64,000 nucleotides of DNA from an uncultured Poribacteria bacterium (GTDB lineage Bacteria; Poribacteria; WGA-4E; WGA-3G). Location of the stretch: contig OX639992.1 of NCBI GenBank assembly GCA_951828515.1, positions 1,352,439 through 1,416,438 of the forward strand, read 5' to 3'. The translations under genes and the position numbers were made by a program. Below, piece after piece: positions 47,965 to 58,394 of this stretch. How positions within the stretch are numbered: position 1 is the first letter of the stretch; every line of letters starts with the position of its first letter. Under the pieces are notes generated by a model that was not told where the DNA came from, ran no database searches, and worked only from the letters and a program-made list of their open reading frames with translations.

Positions 47965-50802
47965 TTAACCGACAGATGCAATCTCTAAGTTGTCTCGCCA
48001 ATGTTCCTGTAACATCCGCTTCAACAACTGATGCATAGGTGCGCTCAGTATTGGATCGGCTTTGATGAGCGACTCTGCCTCTTTTTTCGCCACTTCCAGA
48101 AGTGTAGCATCGTGAATGATGTTTGCAATCTTGAAGTTTGGGATGCCCGATTGGCGTGTGCCGAAAAACTCGCCCGGACCTCGGATATTCAAGTCTGCTT
48201 CGGCAATCCGAAAGCCGTTGTTCGTCCGAATCATCGCTTGAATGCGTTGAAAAGAGTCGTCACCTTTGGGTAAAGCGACAAGGTAACACGTCGATTGATG
48301 TTCACCCCGTCCAACACGTCCACGCAATTGATGCAATTGCGACAACCCAAACCGTTCGGCATTCTCAATCACCATTAGCGTCGCGTTTGGCACATCAATA
48401 CCCACCTCAATGACCGTTGTTGAGACCAGAATATCGATATGTCGATCCTTGAAGTTTGTCATCACTTCCTGTTTCTCAATGGATTTCATTTGTCCATGCA
48501 GAAGTCCGAGACGCAGATCGGGGAATACCTCACCCTGAAGATGCGATGCCATCTCTGTGGCGGCTTTGAGTTCTTCGAGTTTTTCGGACTCCTCAACGAG
48601 CGGGTAGACGATGTATGCCTGTCTACCGCGTTGAATCTCCTTCCGAACAGTGCTGTATAATTTCTCCCGCTCCTTCTCCTTTATCCAATAGGTCTTAATC
48701 GTCTGTCTACCCGGAGGCATCTCATCGATAACAGAGACGTTCAGATCGCCATAGAGCGTCAATGCGAGTGTTCTTGGAATCGGGGTCGCAGTCATGACGA
48801 GTACGTCTGGTGCTGGTGGGGCTACGGCACCTTGCTTTTGCGTCGCATTTGCCGATTGTGCTTTATTACGGAGCGTTGCGCGTTGCATCACACCGAACCG
48901 GTGCTGCTCGTCGATGATAACGAGTCCAAGTTTGTGAAAATCGACACCTTCCTGTATCAACGCCTGTGTCCCAACGATAAGGTCTGCGGTGCCATCGGCG
49001 ATTGCCGCCAGTGCCTCTTCGCGCTCTGGTTTTGGTAGGTCGCTTTTGAGAAGCACAACGTTTATGTTTTCGTCATCGGTTTGTGCGGCATCCTTGCGTA
49101 AATCCTTGAGCATCTCTGAGAGATTATAATAGTGCTGCTCGGCGAGAATTTCAGTAGGCACCATCAGCGCGCCTTGGTACCCGTTTTCGATAGCACAGAG
49201 CAACGCCATCGCTGCGACAACCGTCTTTCCGGAACCGACATCTCCTTGAATGAGTCTATTCATAACGGTTTTCTGCTGCATATCGTTTTGGATTTCAGCG
49301 AACACGCGTTTTTGTGCCCCTGTGAGTTCATAAGGCAGCGACGCAAGAAAACTGCGTAACACGGAAGGAGACGTTTCAGATTTCCGTTCTGTTCCAACCT
49401 GAAACGCGATACCATCCTCAGAGATACGATGTTCTTTTTTCATCTCCATCCCGACACTGAGAAGAAAAAACTCCTCAAAAGCGAGCCGTTTTTGCGCGGC
49501 TTCCCGATGTGCCTCCGATGTCGGAAAATGTATCTCGTTAATGGCGGACTGTCTATCCACCAAGCGTTGCCGTTGACGAAGTGCGAGTGGCAAGATCTCA
49601 GGTATCTGTTGTCCATACTCGTCCAACGCCGTCCGCATCCAAGCACGCAGCATCTTCGCTGTGAGTTTTGCTGTTAGCGGATATTTGGGAACGATCCGAT
49701 TTGTGTGAATTAGGTTTTCTTCCTCACACAGTTCAAATTCATAGTCAGTGGCTTGGATCTCATTGTAACGGCGTGAGAACTTGCCGCTGACGACCACCTC
49801 AGTGTCAACGGGAAGTAGTGCTTTCATAATACCGATGCGTCTGCCAAAGTTAACAAGCAAAGCTACACCCGTCCCGTCATAAATTGAGATCTTACCGATA
49901 CGTTTCCCTTTCGCTGTCGGAGACGAAGTGTGATTAACGACCTTGCCTTGTATAGTTTCTGGCTCGTCATCTCCTGCCCTTCCGACCCTATAAATCTCTA
50001 CCATTTTGGAGCGGTCGATGTAGTCGCGCGGGTAGTATGCCAGCAATTCACCAACCGTTTGGATACTGAGTTCTTCCGAAAGCATTTCGGCGCGACGCGG
50101 ACCAATTCCTTTGAGATACTGGAGGGGTTGGGTTAGGAAATCAAGCGAGTCGCTGTCTGTTGAAACGGGGGTATCTGAGATTGGAACGGACTCTGAGTGG
50201 CGGTCAGCAGTCGGCAGTCGGCGGTCGGCGGGACCGCTGCCGGCTATTTCTTGCTGATCGCTAATTGGCTGAGGACTCTTTTGTTGTGACGGAGGGTCTG
50301 TGTCTTGGAAAAGAGGTAAATCTTTCGTTGTCACCGTAGCGGCTGGACGTTCCGATGCCTGCCCCCGCTCTGGGGGTGAATTTTCGGGGTTACTTTCTAC
50401 TTCTGCAAAAAGAGACAGCATATCCGTTTGGGCACTTTTCTTGGAACTTCTACGTTGCGCCTTTGGCTGCTGACGTATTTGCGACGATTCGGTATCTGTC
50501 CGGACTGTATCCGAGACGTTTCGTTGTCCGTGTCCGAGTGCGGCATCAATTCGTTTTGTCGCATCCTCAAGTATGCGTTGGCGTTCGGTGGACGACGCAT
50601 CGGCGTAATTTTCAAAGAGGTTCGACAAACCGCTTAGTACCTCTTTTTCAGCTGCCGCCAATGTGAAGGTTTCTCCATTCTTTACCCATAACTGGACATA
50701 GTTTCCCAATCCGTCAACGGCAACATCGTCGCGGCACCTGTTTCGGAGTTCTTGTTGAAAGGGACGGCGGATAGTAGTAAGGATTTTTGTGAAATTATTC
50801 AT
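47965..50802 (-). CDS. recG: ATP-dependent DNA helicase RecG
   Basis: LKGIGP, YYPRDY, QGDVGSGKT, DEQHRFG, MTATPIPRTL, QLRGRVGRG, RGPGEFFGTRQSG. Confidence 0.96.
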   Translation of the reverse strand: MNNFTKILTTIRRPFQQELRNRCRDDVAVDGLGNYVQLWVKNGETFTLAAAEKEVLSGLSNLFENYADASSTERQRILEDATKRIDAALGHGQRNVSDTVRTDTESSQIRQQPKAQRRSSKKSAQTDMLSLFAEVESNPENSPPERGQASERPAATVTTKDLPLFQDTDPPSQQKSPQPISDQQEIAGSGPADRRLPTADRHSESVPISDTPVSTDSDSLDFLTQPLQYLKGIGPRRAEMLSEELSIQTVGELLAYYPRDYIDRSKMVEIYRVGRAGDDEPETIQGKVVNHTSSPTAKGKRIGKISIYDGTGVALLVNFGRRIGIMKALLPVDTEVVVSGKFSRRYNEIQATDYEFELCEEENLIHTNRIVPKYPLTAKLTAKMLRAWMRTALDEYGQQIPEILPLALRQRQRLVDRQSAINEIHFPTSEAHREAAQKRLAFEEFFLLSVGMEMKKEHRISEDGIAFQVGTERKSETSPSVLRSFLASLPYELTGAQKRVFAEIQNDMQQKTVMNRLIQGDVGSGKTVVAAMALLCAIENGYQGALMVPTEILAEQHYYNLSEMLKDLRKDAAQTDDENINVVLLKSDLPKPEREEALAAIADGTADLIVGTQALIQEGVDFHKLGLVIIDEQHRFGVMQRATLRNKAQSANATQKQGAVAPPAPDVLVMTATPIPRTLALTLYGDLNVSVIDEMPPGRQTIKTYWIKEKEREKLYSTVRKEIQRGRQAYIVYPLVEESEKLEELKAATEMASHLQGEVFPDLRLGLLHGQMKSIEKQEVMTNFKDRHIDILVSTTVIEVGIDVPNATLMVIENAERFGLSQLHQLRGRVGRGEHQSTCYLVALPKGDDSFQRIQAMIRTNNGFRIAEADLNIRGPGEFFGTRQSGIPNFKIANIIHDATLLEVAKKEAESLIKADPILSAPMHQLLKRMLQEHWRDNLEIASVG

Positions 50803-50980
50803 ACTTTTCTATGGGAGCCAGACGCTGTTATCGTCGCTGGTCAGGTTCTAACTTTGCCTTTCTCGAGTTTTTACTGAAGCGGTTTGCAACCGCACGATTC
50901 TGTAATCAATCTACATACGTTTTGTTAATTAATTAGACGCAAATTCAGTGAAAACGTTGAGTTTTCTTGGCAAAACGGGG

Positions 50981-51009
50981 TTGACACAGCATCGTAAATT
51001 GTCTATAAT
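50981..51009 (+). promoter_or_regulatory. Sigma70 promoter of the phyH-like gene
   Basis: TTGACA-17-TATAAT. Confidence 0.65.
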
Positions 51010-51073
51010 CTTTTTAAATCAACGAACTCGCAATAATTGACCTGTAATTCACGTCACCAAAAGGAGCAACACC

Positions 51074-51907
51074 ATGATATCTCCCTACTTGACAGAGGTC
51101 CAACAAAAAGAGTGGCAAACACAAGGATTTCTGATCATCAAGAATGTCCTTTCACCTGCCGAAATTGAGACACTTTTGACAGGTGTGGATCCGGTGATTG
51201 AGACGTATGTTCAAAAAACACCAAGTTTACAAGGCAGTCGGTTCGGGAAAGGGGCCTATACGATTATCCGCGCAATTGAATACACAGATGCCCTGGATCC
51301 GCTCACCGATCATCCACACACCTTCGGTACTATCCTTTCAATGATGGGTCCGTATCTCCAAATCATGGGAACGCAAATCTACGTTCGGCACCCGGATGTC
51401 GAGGCCTTAATGGGATTTCATACGGATGCTGGTCCCTCACTTCAACGTATTCATCCGCATCCGGATAGTTTACCGCTGCAATTCAAAATCCAATTTTTCT
51501 TAACGGATCTGACGGAGCCGAATCAGGGGAATTTTATGTGTGTGCCGGGCAGCCATAAGGTTTCTTTCCCTGAGAACGGATTTAAAAAAGGGAAGTATCC
51601 AGAGGGTGCAATTCAGGTCCTTGCGGAAGCCGGAGATGCTGTCATTTTTCCATGGGCATTGTGGCACGGTGTCGGTCCGAATCAGACGGAACGCATCCGC
51701 AAAAGCGTGACCTTCCGTTATGGACAGATGTGGTCCCGTCCTTATGATTACGACAAACTTCCGGCGGATGTACTCGCGCGGATGACACCACGCCGCCGAA
51801 GATTATTCGGCGATATGGGTGAAGACCATCATCCAACCGATTACTTCAAACCCCACGATCAACTCGAAGTTATTTGCCAAGACGAGTGGAATATTGCGCT
51901 TCCGTAG
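51074..51907 (+). CDS. Phytanoyl-CoA dioxygenase (PhyH) family protein
   Basis: GFLII, FHTD, GNFMCVPGSH, AGDAVIF...LWHG. Confidence 0.88.
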   Translation: MISPYLTEVQQKEWQTQGFLIIKNVLSPAEIETLLTGVDPVIETYVQKTPSLQGSRFGKGAYTIIRAIEYTDALDPLTDHPHTFGTILSMMGPYLQIMGTQIYVRHPDVEALMGFHTDAGPSLQRIHPHPDSLPLQFKIQFFLTDLTEPNQGNFMCVPGSHKVSFPENGFKKGKYPEGAIQVLAEAGDAVIFPWALWHGVGPNQTERIRKSVTFRYGQMWSRPYDYDKLPADVLARMTPRRRRLFGDMGEDHHPTDYFKPHDQLEVICQDEWNIALP

Positions 51908-52124
51908 GACTTCGTATTTTCGTTGGCGAGGTTTGATGAGGTTTCAGAATTTAATTCGGTAATGTGCGATGGTAATCGTCTGAATCAGGATTTGCAGGAT
52001 TCAAAGATTTTCAGGATTGGATGTCCTTGGGACTGAAAACTGCCTCCATAGAATCACCGGAATATTTATTAAAACTTCATGTAACCTCGCTACTCCTCGT
52101 GTGGGTAGGTGTTCCAACAGACAA

Positions 52125-53048
52125 TCAATCCGTGTGCTTCTGTAATTTCTCAAATAGATCCCGGAAAATCGCATCCCGATTCACGCTTGATGCGACGCGC
52201 ATGAGATGGCGACTGTTATCAAAACTCCATGTTGCCGCTTCCGTCAAGATAGGACTGTGGACAATCTCTGTCGGCACCCACTCTGGATTGATGAGGTATG
52301 CTGTCGCAGATATATCCCATATCACCTTCGACCAAGCGAAATGGTCGCTTGAATAGTCCTTAAAGATCTCAACGAGATAATCTCCGACTCTGCCTCTACC
52401 CAGCACATAGCGTTCCATCTCTGCGACTGTCGTGTGTAGATGTGAGACAACCCCACGTGCGGGTAGCCAAACGAATGGCACGCCGCAATCCAAAACCACC
52501 TGCGCACTCCGAAGGTCTTGCATAAGGTTGAACTCTCGGGTGTGGGGCCAGTACAACGGATTCCCCCCAAGCCAGATAACAACGATACGGTTGATAATTT
52601 CAGGCGCCATGAGGATAGCAGAAGCGACGTTCGTTATGGCACCGACAGCAACCACATACAGCGGATCTTCAGGCGTTGCTGCCATCGCACGCGCAATCAT
52701 ATCGGTCGCGGCATCGCTCGGCACGGGAGTCTCGTTATCGGAGAGAAACGCTCTGGAACCGCGATAGGCAAAACCGTCAGCGGGGACATTAAGGAAGTCC
52801 AAAAGCCTGAGAATTTCAGCGTAACTTTTTTCCATACCGTCTTCGGGGCTGCTTGAGCGGTTGTTGTGGAAAGGCACGGCGTAGAGTGCTTCAACGTTGA
52901 GATGTTCAGGTGAGAGGAGTGCGTGAACAACAGCAAACTGGTCGTCAATTTCGTTATAGGTGTCAGTGTCAAGGACCATTCGCACTTGCCCTGTCGGAGG
53001 CTGGAGCATTTCTAAGCGTTTTGACTCTGATAGTGTTGGAAAGTTCAT
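52125..53048 (-). CDS. Nucleoside hydrolase family protein
   Basis: LDTDTYNEIDDQFA, VGAITNVASA, EFNL.QD, VIWD. Confidence 0.88.
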   Translation of the reverse strand: MNFPTLSESKRLEMLQPPTGQVRMVLDTDTYNEIDDQFAVVHALLSPEHLNVEALYAVPFHNNRSSSPEDGMEKSYAEILRLLDFLNVPADGFAYRGSRAFLSDNETPVPSDAATDMIARAMAATPEDPLYVVAVGAITNVASAILMAPEIINRIVVIWLGGNPLYWPHTREFNLMQDLRSAQVVLDCGVPFVWLPARGVVSHLHTTVAEMERYVLGRGRVGDYLVEIFKDYSSDHFAWSKVIWDISATAYLINPEWVPTEIVHSPILTEAATWSFDNSRHLMRVASSVNRDAIFRDLFEKLQKHTD

Positions 53049-53120
53049 AAACGGTTTTACCTTCGTGTAATGAGAGTTTTCTTTAGTTTATCACGTTTGG
53101 AAAAAGATAGGAATTCGTAT

Positions 53121-53384
53121 TCATTCGTTTCCACTACAAAAGAATGCCATAAAAGAGTTGGGGAGTTCGTCAAAGTCTTCGGCTATTTTCACTTTCCCCT
53201 TCCACTGTCCACCAAGGCGCGGCTGCTTCCTGTTTTTGTGCTTTAAGGGAACCAGTTTGGCAATGGGTTTCCGATTGCTATCCAAGATAATCTCTTCTCC
53301 CGCCACAGCGTGCTTGACCAATCGAGTCAAACGGTCTTCTGACTGTTCATGTATATCAATATGCATTTGTTTTATCCCATCCAA
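53121..53384 (-). CDS. Phd/YefM-like (DUF2281-type) antitoxin, orphan
   Basis: LTRLVKHAVAGEEII, KPIAKLVP, GQWKGKVKIAEDFDELP. Confidence 0.75.
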   Translation of the reverse strand: MDGIKQMHIDIHEQSEDRLTRLVKHAVAGEEIILDSNRKPIAKLVPLKHKNRKQPRLGGQWKGKVKIAEDFDELPNSFMAFFCSGNE

Positions 53385-53395
53385 TTTTATTTCTT

Positions 53396-54190
53396 TTATT
53401 CACCCTCTTGGGGTAAAACTTCATCTGTTCTATCAGGAGGAAACCAGGTAGGTGATGCCGCTAAACGGGAAGGAACGATAGGTGCTTGCAAGTCATAGCG
53501 CTTAGCAACCAAATTGACAAGGTCTAAAAACCACTCGGGAGTAAAAGGATCAACAACTACTTCTTGGATTAATAGGTTAAGGTCAACTTCATAATATTTT
53601 CCAATATCGTAGTCATCCTGCAACTCGGTAATTTGACTGGTAGGTACATTCTGAACGATAGCTCTCACTTCTTGTTCATGCTCAAAACTTTTTCGCTTGT
53701 GTAGATATGGGGACAACGGATCATCCGCGGGAATTAGGTCATTATCATAGTCAACATACCGAATTTTTCCTATATGGATATTCTCGCCAGTTATGAAACT
53801 TTCTACAAAAGCATCAAAGCGAGTCTTGATGGCAAGTCCCCCATTAGTGCTTGCATACAATTTCCACATTGCTTCTGATTCATAATTACTTTCATGCCAA
53901 CAATTTACTAACGTAAAACGCTTGAGTTGCACCCAAAATGCAGACATTAAGGATGGGAAACTTAATATTGCTTCCTCAAACTCAGGGTGCAAATTGGTAT
54001 AACGTGCGTCTATATTCCTTTTAGGGAGGGATCCTTCAAAAGGATCATTTAGTTTGTCTGACCTAGCGAAAAATAGGGCGTGCATTTCCAAAAGTGCTAC
54101 GAACTTCGTGAAGTCCATATACCTCCACAAAACCGCGTCTGGAGGTGGCGGATCGTGAAATTCCCGAGCATCAGAATTTAAATCAAGCAT
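53396..54190 (-). CDS. DUF2971-like protein
   Basis: LWRYMDFTKF, LNDPFEG, NCWH...ESEAMWKLYA, HKRKSFEHEQEVR. Confidence 0.75.
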   Translation of the reverse strand: MLDLNSDAREFHDPPPPDAVLWRYMDFTKFVALLEMHALFFARSDKLNDPFEGSLPKRNIDARYTNLHPEFEEAILSFPSLMSAFWVQLKRFTLVNCWHESNYESEAMWKLYASTNGGLAIKTRFDAFVESFITGENIHIGKIRYVDYDNDLIPADDPLSPYLHKRKSFEHEQEVRAIVQNVPTSQITELQDDYDIGKYYEVDLNLLIQEVVVDPFTPEWFLDLVNLVAKRYDLQAPIVPSRLAASPTWFPPDRTDEVLPQEGE

Positions 54191-54243
54191 GAAATCTCTC
54201 TTGGCGCGTTCTCAAAACTCTGCCGGATGGGTAATCAGAAATA

Positions 54244-54636
54244 TTAGCCCGGCGGGTATGCCCATCTCGCGTGTCCACTGTGAACCATAATTGCGTTAAC
54301 AAACACATTATCTGGATATCGCCATACATCGGCGACTACACGATCATAAGAAATACCAACTGGTTTAAACCTTACGCGTTTTCCTTCTAACAGTTGTTTG
54401 AGATAGCAAATAGCCTTTTCACCTTGAAGGGTATCGCTTTCAGGTGCATCTATGTTCCTTAAACGAATTTTATTGAACATATTTGGGCGGCCCAACCGTT
54501 CCATCGGAGTTTCAGCGGGAAGAGGGGATCCCATTAGCCTTTCCATCGGCGTCTGTAGCGCAATTCGCCGAGAAATTTCAGGACTGACCTCAACGGTATC
54601 GCCATCAATAACTCTTGTCACAACATGAGTTTGCAT
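54244..54636 (-). CDS. Thermonuclease (SNase) family protein
   Basis: RVIDGDT, IRLRNIDAPE, YDRVVADV, VNAIMVHSGHA. Confidence 0.85.
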   Translation of the reverse strand: MQTHVVTRVIDGDTVEVSPEISRRIALQTPMERLMGSPLPAETPMERLGRPNMFNKIRLRNIDAPESDTLQGEKAICYLKQLLEGKRVRFKPVGISYDRVVADVWRYPDNVFVNAIMVHSGHARWAYPPG

Positions 54637-54826
54637 CTCTTCTCTCCTTTTCTCGGAAGAAATTTGGTAAACGGAGTTATAGCCGAACAATCATATACTA
54701 AATCATACTATGTTTTTACGCATAAAACAAGTAGAAATCACTTATGCTACAGATTCGATGAAAACGCTGTCTGCATGCCAAAAATCTTGTAAGTAGCAAC
54801 TTGGGTTATGCTACATTAAGGCAAGT

Positions 54827-55259
54827 TTAGCCTTTACGCCCTTGCGGTGTAACAGCGTTGAGCTCTTGGAGCCGTTTCTCAACATAGGTTTTGAAGTTAT
54901 CGTTTTCCTGATGTTCTGCCAGTTCCAATGCAGTCTGAAAATCCAATTTTGCTTCGTCAATATTGCCCAAACCTAACTGTGCTACACCGCGATTGACGTA
55001 AGCGTTTATGAAATCAGATTGCAGACGGATAGCCGCATTCAGGTCAGCAAGAGCCGCAGCGTGTTTACCAAGTCTGAACATCGATTAATCCATCCAAGAC
55101 CTCCACTAACCACTGGTAAGCAGTTTTGGGGTAGGGTGGAGATGCAGCTGATTCGGATATGCGCGTTTGTACCGGTTTAGAGTTATCCAACAATTGGGAC
55201 ATACTCGGCACTACGTCTGTGAGCAAAAGATTGTTCTTTGCAGATCCGAATGTTAACAT
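54827..55259 (-). pseudogene. Frameshifted TPR protein
   Basis: ORF 55065-55259 (GAGGTAGGAG SD) overlaps out of frame with TPR ORF 54827-55081 (AYVNRG..., DFQTALELAE). Confidence 0.55.
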
Positions 55260-55296
55260 TGTTTACTCCTACCTCTATTTATTATACTTCATCAGT

Positions 55297-55739
55297 TTAT
55301 GGTGTTGAATTGTTGAGTTCTTGAAGTCTTTTTTCTATGTTGGTTTTGAGTGCGGTGTTATTTTGCTGCTCAGCCAATTCCAAGGCAGTTTGGAAATCCG
55401 ATTTCGCTTCGTTGATGTGATTCAAATTCACCTTTGCCTCTGCCCGATTGACATAAGCAAGCGCAAAATCAGGTTGGAGGCGGATGACTTCGTTTAGATC
55501 TACAAGAGCCTCGGCGTATTCACCAAGGATAAGATTTGTGGATCCTCGGTTAATATAGACTTCAACATTATCGGGTTTTAGCCGAATTGCCTCGTTATAG
55601 TCAGCAAGTGCTTCTTGGTGATTTCCAAGCAAAGTGTTCGCTTGACCTCGATTATTGTAGGTTTCTGCACCGTCCCTTGATCTGCAAGCATCACACTTAA
55701 CACCAAGGCAAGCACCATAATTCCAATTTTTGCATCCAT
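55297..55739 (-). pseudogene. TPR protein with a disrupted N-terminus
   Basis: ATG 55739 overlaps the R-M stop (TAATG) and encodes MDAKIGIMVLALVLSVMLA, but the TPR repeats (YNNRG, YINRG, YVNRA) lie in another frame. Confidence 0.55.
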
Positions 55740-58351
55740 TATGATTCCTCTGCACCAATATCTAACCCCAACAACCCATCAACAATTTCCACTGTCTCCA
55801 AACTCACGCTGATGACCTTCCGAATGAGACCTACGATATATTCCTCATCATCTGCACGATTCGGATTGTTCTCAATACCACTCCGCCTATCCGTTTTTAT
55901 ACGATACTGGTCAACAACCCATTCCAACGCTGAGCGGTTCCCTAACCGATACTGGAACGCCTCCGCAGGAATCCCTGCCAATGTGAGGAAATCGTTATAC
56001 CGGATCTGTGTTTTGTCTTTGGAGAACCGCATCTGTTCTACACGCCAATCGAGTGGCATGTCCGGCGTTTCAATCAGGTCTAACTTATACTGGGGTTGGT
56101 CTTCGTAGTGGACATGAATTTCTGCCAACCGTCTTCCTGTCTCGACGAATCCCCAAAATTCGGGTGCAAACGGAATATGCGGTAAGTCCCGCTTGAGATT
56201 CATCTGATACCGTTCGCGATACGCAGGATGATGTAAGAGTGCGTAAGTATAATGGAAAATATCCCACTTGGTGATCTGCTCGTCTCTGTAATGCTCACGG
56301 AATTGCGTCAATGCCCACTCCGTAATGTTTTCGCGTCGGTTTGTGCCATCTTCATTGTAGATGTAGAACGGAAAGCACTGTCCAGCTGAACCAAAGCCTC
56401 CAGTCATAATATGTTCAGGGATGCAATTAGTCATGAGACAGATAAAGGGTTTCTCTCGTGAAATATTGACACAAATTACCCGATTTTCGGTTTCAGTCTG
56501 AGGCGTAGGGAAAATAGATGGGAACACGTATACAACATCATTGAGAATTCTGTCAAAGAAGATACTTCTTTTAGCGAATGGACGATAGAGACAAGTTCTT
56601 ACTTTATGTTCGTCGTATTCAGCAATTCTACCTGTCCGCAGTTTTGCCTTTAAGTCGCGACTCCAACTAATTTTCGCGTCGTTGTACTCTACAAAATCAT
56701 CAATATCTATACCAGACTGATCCGCGATTCCTTGCCACTTAAACACCTGGGCATTATAGGTCTCTATCATTCTCTGGACATTCGTTGTGAGCGTATCTCG
56801 GTCAAAGTTAATCGCCCATGCATCGCGGTTCGTCTTTACCCCACTGCTGAATTGATGGAAAATTACATCGGAAACTTCACCCTTTGCGGCTTTGGCTTGT
56901 TTACTCCCCACCGGCAGAAAGGTCTCGAAATCCTCACGCAGCCCCTCGGTGAGCCATGTGTGTCGCGTATCGGGTTGAATAGAATCCCAGTTGACATTGC
57001 CGATGTGTTCACACGCCTCCAGAAAGTCAAACGTCCCTTCTTTGGGCATCTCCGCGGTCTCACCGTTGTAAAAAATACGCGCAGGCTCTGCCACTTCGCT
57101 GGTGAAGTTTTCAGCCGTGTCTTTATTCTGATTCGTCTTTACAAACAAATTGATACTCACACCCACCTGAATGTCAAAGACGTTGGAATCCCCGGCGTGC
57201 CCTTTACGGACATTGCCACCTAAATCCAGCAGATAGATCGCATCACACGCATCAGCGAGGTGTTTCCGCATGCCATCGAACGCCTGACCGGTGATAAAGT
57301 TATGGTTGGTTACAAATGCGACAATTCCCGCCCCTTCAATCCGGTTCAATGCCCAGAGAATCGCTTTGACGTAGGGATCATAGAGTGATGTTTTGTTCGT
57401 TGCTTTGGAGGCTTGAGCATACGTCTCTTGAATCTGTTTATCCAGTTCGGGATACTTCCGATTCCTATTGGCATCGTTCTCATCCATCTGCCGCGCGTTG
57501 TAGGGTGGATTTCCAATTACCACGAACATGTCCGTCTGCTTTTGCCGCTCTACCCGACGCGTGTTCTCTGGTGCGAACATGGATAGCTGACGCTCTGCTG
57601 TCAAATCGAAGGTGTCCACAAGGCAGAGGTTATCAAAAGGCTGATACTGCTTTGTGGCATTGTCAAAAACAGTGGAGAAGATTTCCTCTGTCAAAAGGTG
57701 TTGGATAAGCATCTCCTCTACAGCAGCTTTAGCGAGGTTGGGGTTAATCGCCTCCTGACAGTGGCGGTGGAAATCGGTAAATGCCTCCTGAAACCGAGCG
57801 TTGGTATCCTCTTCTTTTTTGATCAACGCCGCTGCACGTTTGCCGAGTGCCGGCACTTTGTCCTTGAATTCAACGACAGCACGTTCCCAGTTGGCGATCT
57901 CTGCTGGTTCGTAACTGAAGAAGGCGTGAAGCACTCGGATAAACGCGTCTCGGTCAGCGATCCCTATAGCCATAACCTCTTGCCCATCTTGATAGAGGAT
58001 GGCACGTTCTTGGGTTGTAAAGAGAATGTTATCCTGTGGGTAGCTTGCGTCAAATTTCTGTTTAATTGCCGTGATGAGATTGTCATGGAGATCCTTCGCT
58101 TCCCAGTAACCGCGAAGCAATCCGAAGTCGTTATCGGTGAGCATACCGTCAACATAAATTATGTTATCCTGAGGTGTCCGGATCGATTTTTCACAGATAA
58201 GGGTTAGATTGTTTTGACGGGCGTAGTGTTGGAGAAGTGTTGCAAAGGCGAGTCGGACTTCGGTTTCATTTGTTGCACCGAGATTTTCATATTGTTTGAG
58301 TTCGGCGTAGAAATTTATTACGGGTCTGTGGGTCGGTTTTATGTTTCGCAT
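55739..58351 (-). CDS. Type ISP/IIG-like restriction-modification fusion with an internal in-frame deletion
   Basis: VDG...GYWEAKD nuclease-like motif, VIGNPPYN, LDLGGNVRK, GVKTNRDAW, YRPF, QCFPFY, RSALEWVVDQY. No SAM-binding DPFxGTG motif. Confidence 0.8.
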   Translation of the reverse strand: MRNIKPTHRPVINFYAELKQYENLGATNETEVRLAFATLLQHYARQNNLTLICEKSIRTPQDNIIYVDGMLTDNDFGLLRGYWEAKDLHDNLITAIKQKFDASYPQDNILFTTQERAILYQDGQEVMAIGIADRDAFIRVLHAFFSYEPAEIANWERAVVEFKDKVPALGKRAAALIKKEEDTNARFQEAFTDFHRHCQEAINPNLAKAAVEEMLIQHLLTEEIFSTVFDNATKQYQPFDNLCLVDTFDLTAERQLSMFAPENTRRVERQKQTDMFVVIGNPPYNARQMDENDANRNRKYPELDKQIQETYAQASKATNKTSLYDPYVKAILWALNRIEGAGIVAFVTNHNFITGQAFDGMRKHLADACDAIYLLDLGGNVRKGHAGDSNVFDIQVGVSINLFVKTNQNKDTAENFTSEVAEPARIFYNGETAEMPKEGTFDFLEACEHIGNVNWDSIQPDTRHTWLTEGLREDFETFLPVGSKQAKAAKGEVSDVIFHQFSSGVKTNRDAWAINFDRDTLTTNVQRMIETYNAQVFKWQGIADQSGIDIDDFVEYNDAKISWSRDLKAKLRTGRIAEYDEHKVRTCLYRPFAKRSIFFDRILNDVVYVFPSIFPTPQTETENRVICVNISREKPFICLMTNCIPEHIMTGGFGSAGQCFPFYIYNEDGTNRRENITEWALTQFREHYRDEQITKWDIFHYTYALLHHPAYRERYQMNLKRDLPHIPFAPEFWGFVETGRRLAEIHVHYEDQPQYKLDLIETPDMPLDWRVEQMRFSKDKTQIRYNDFLTLAGIPAEAFQYRLGNRSALEWVVDQYRIKTDRRSGIENNPNRADDEEYIVGLIRKVISVSLETVEIVDGLLGLDIGAEES

Positions 58352-58394
58352 CCTTATGCTATCTCCTTAATCCGTCAATTCATGTGAAGTATTA

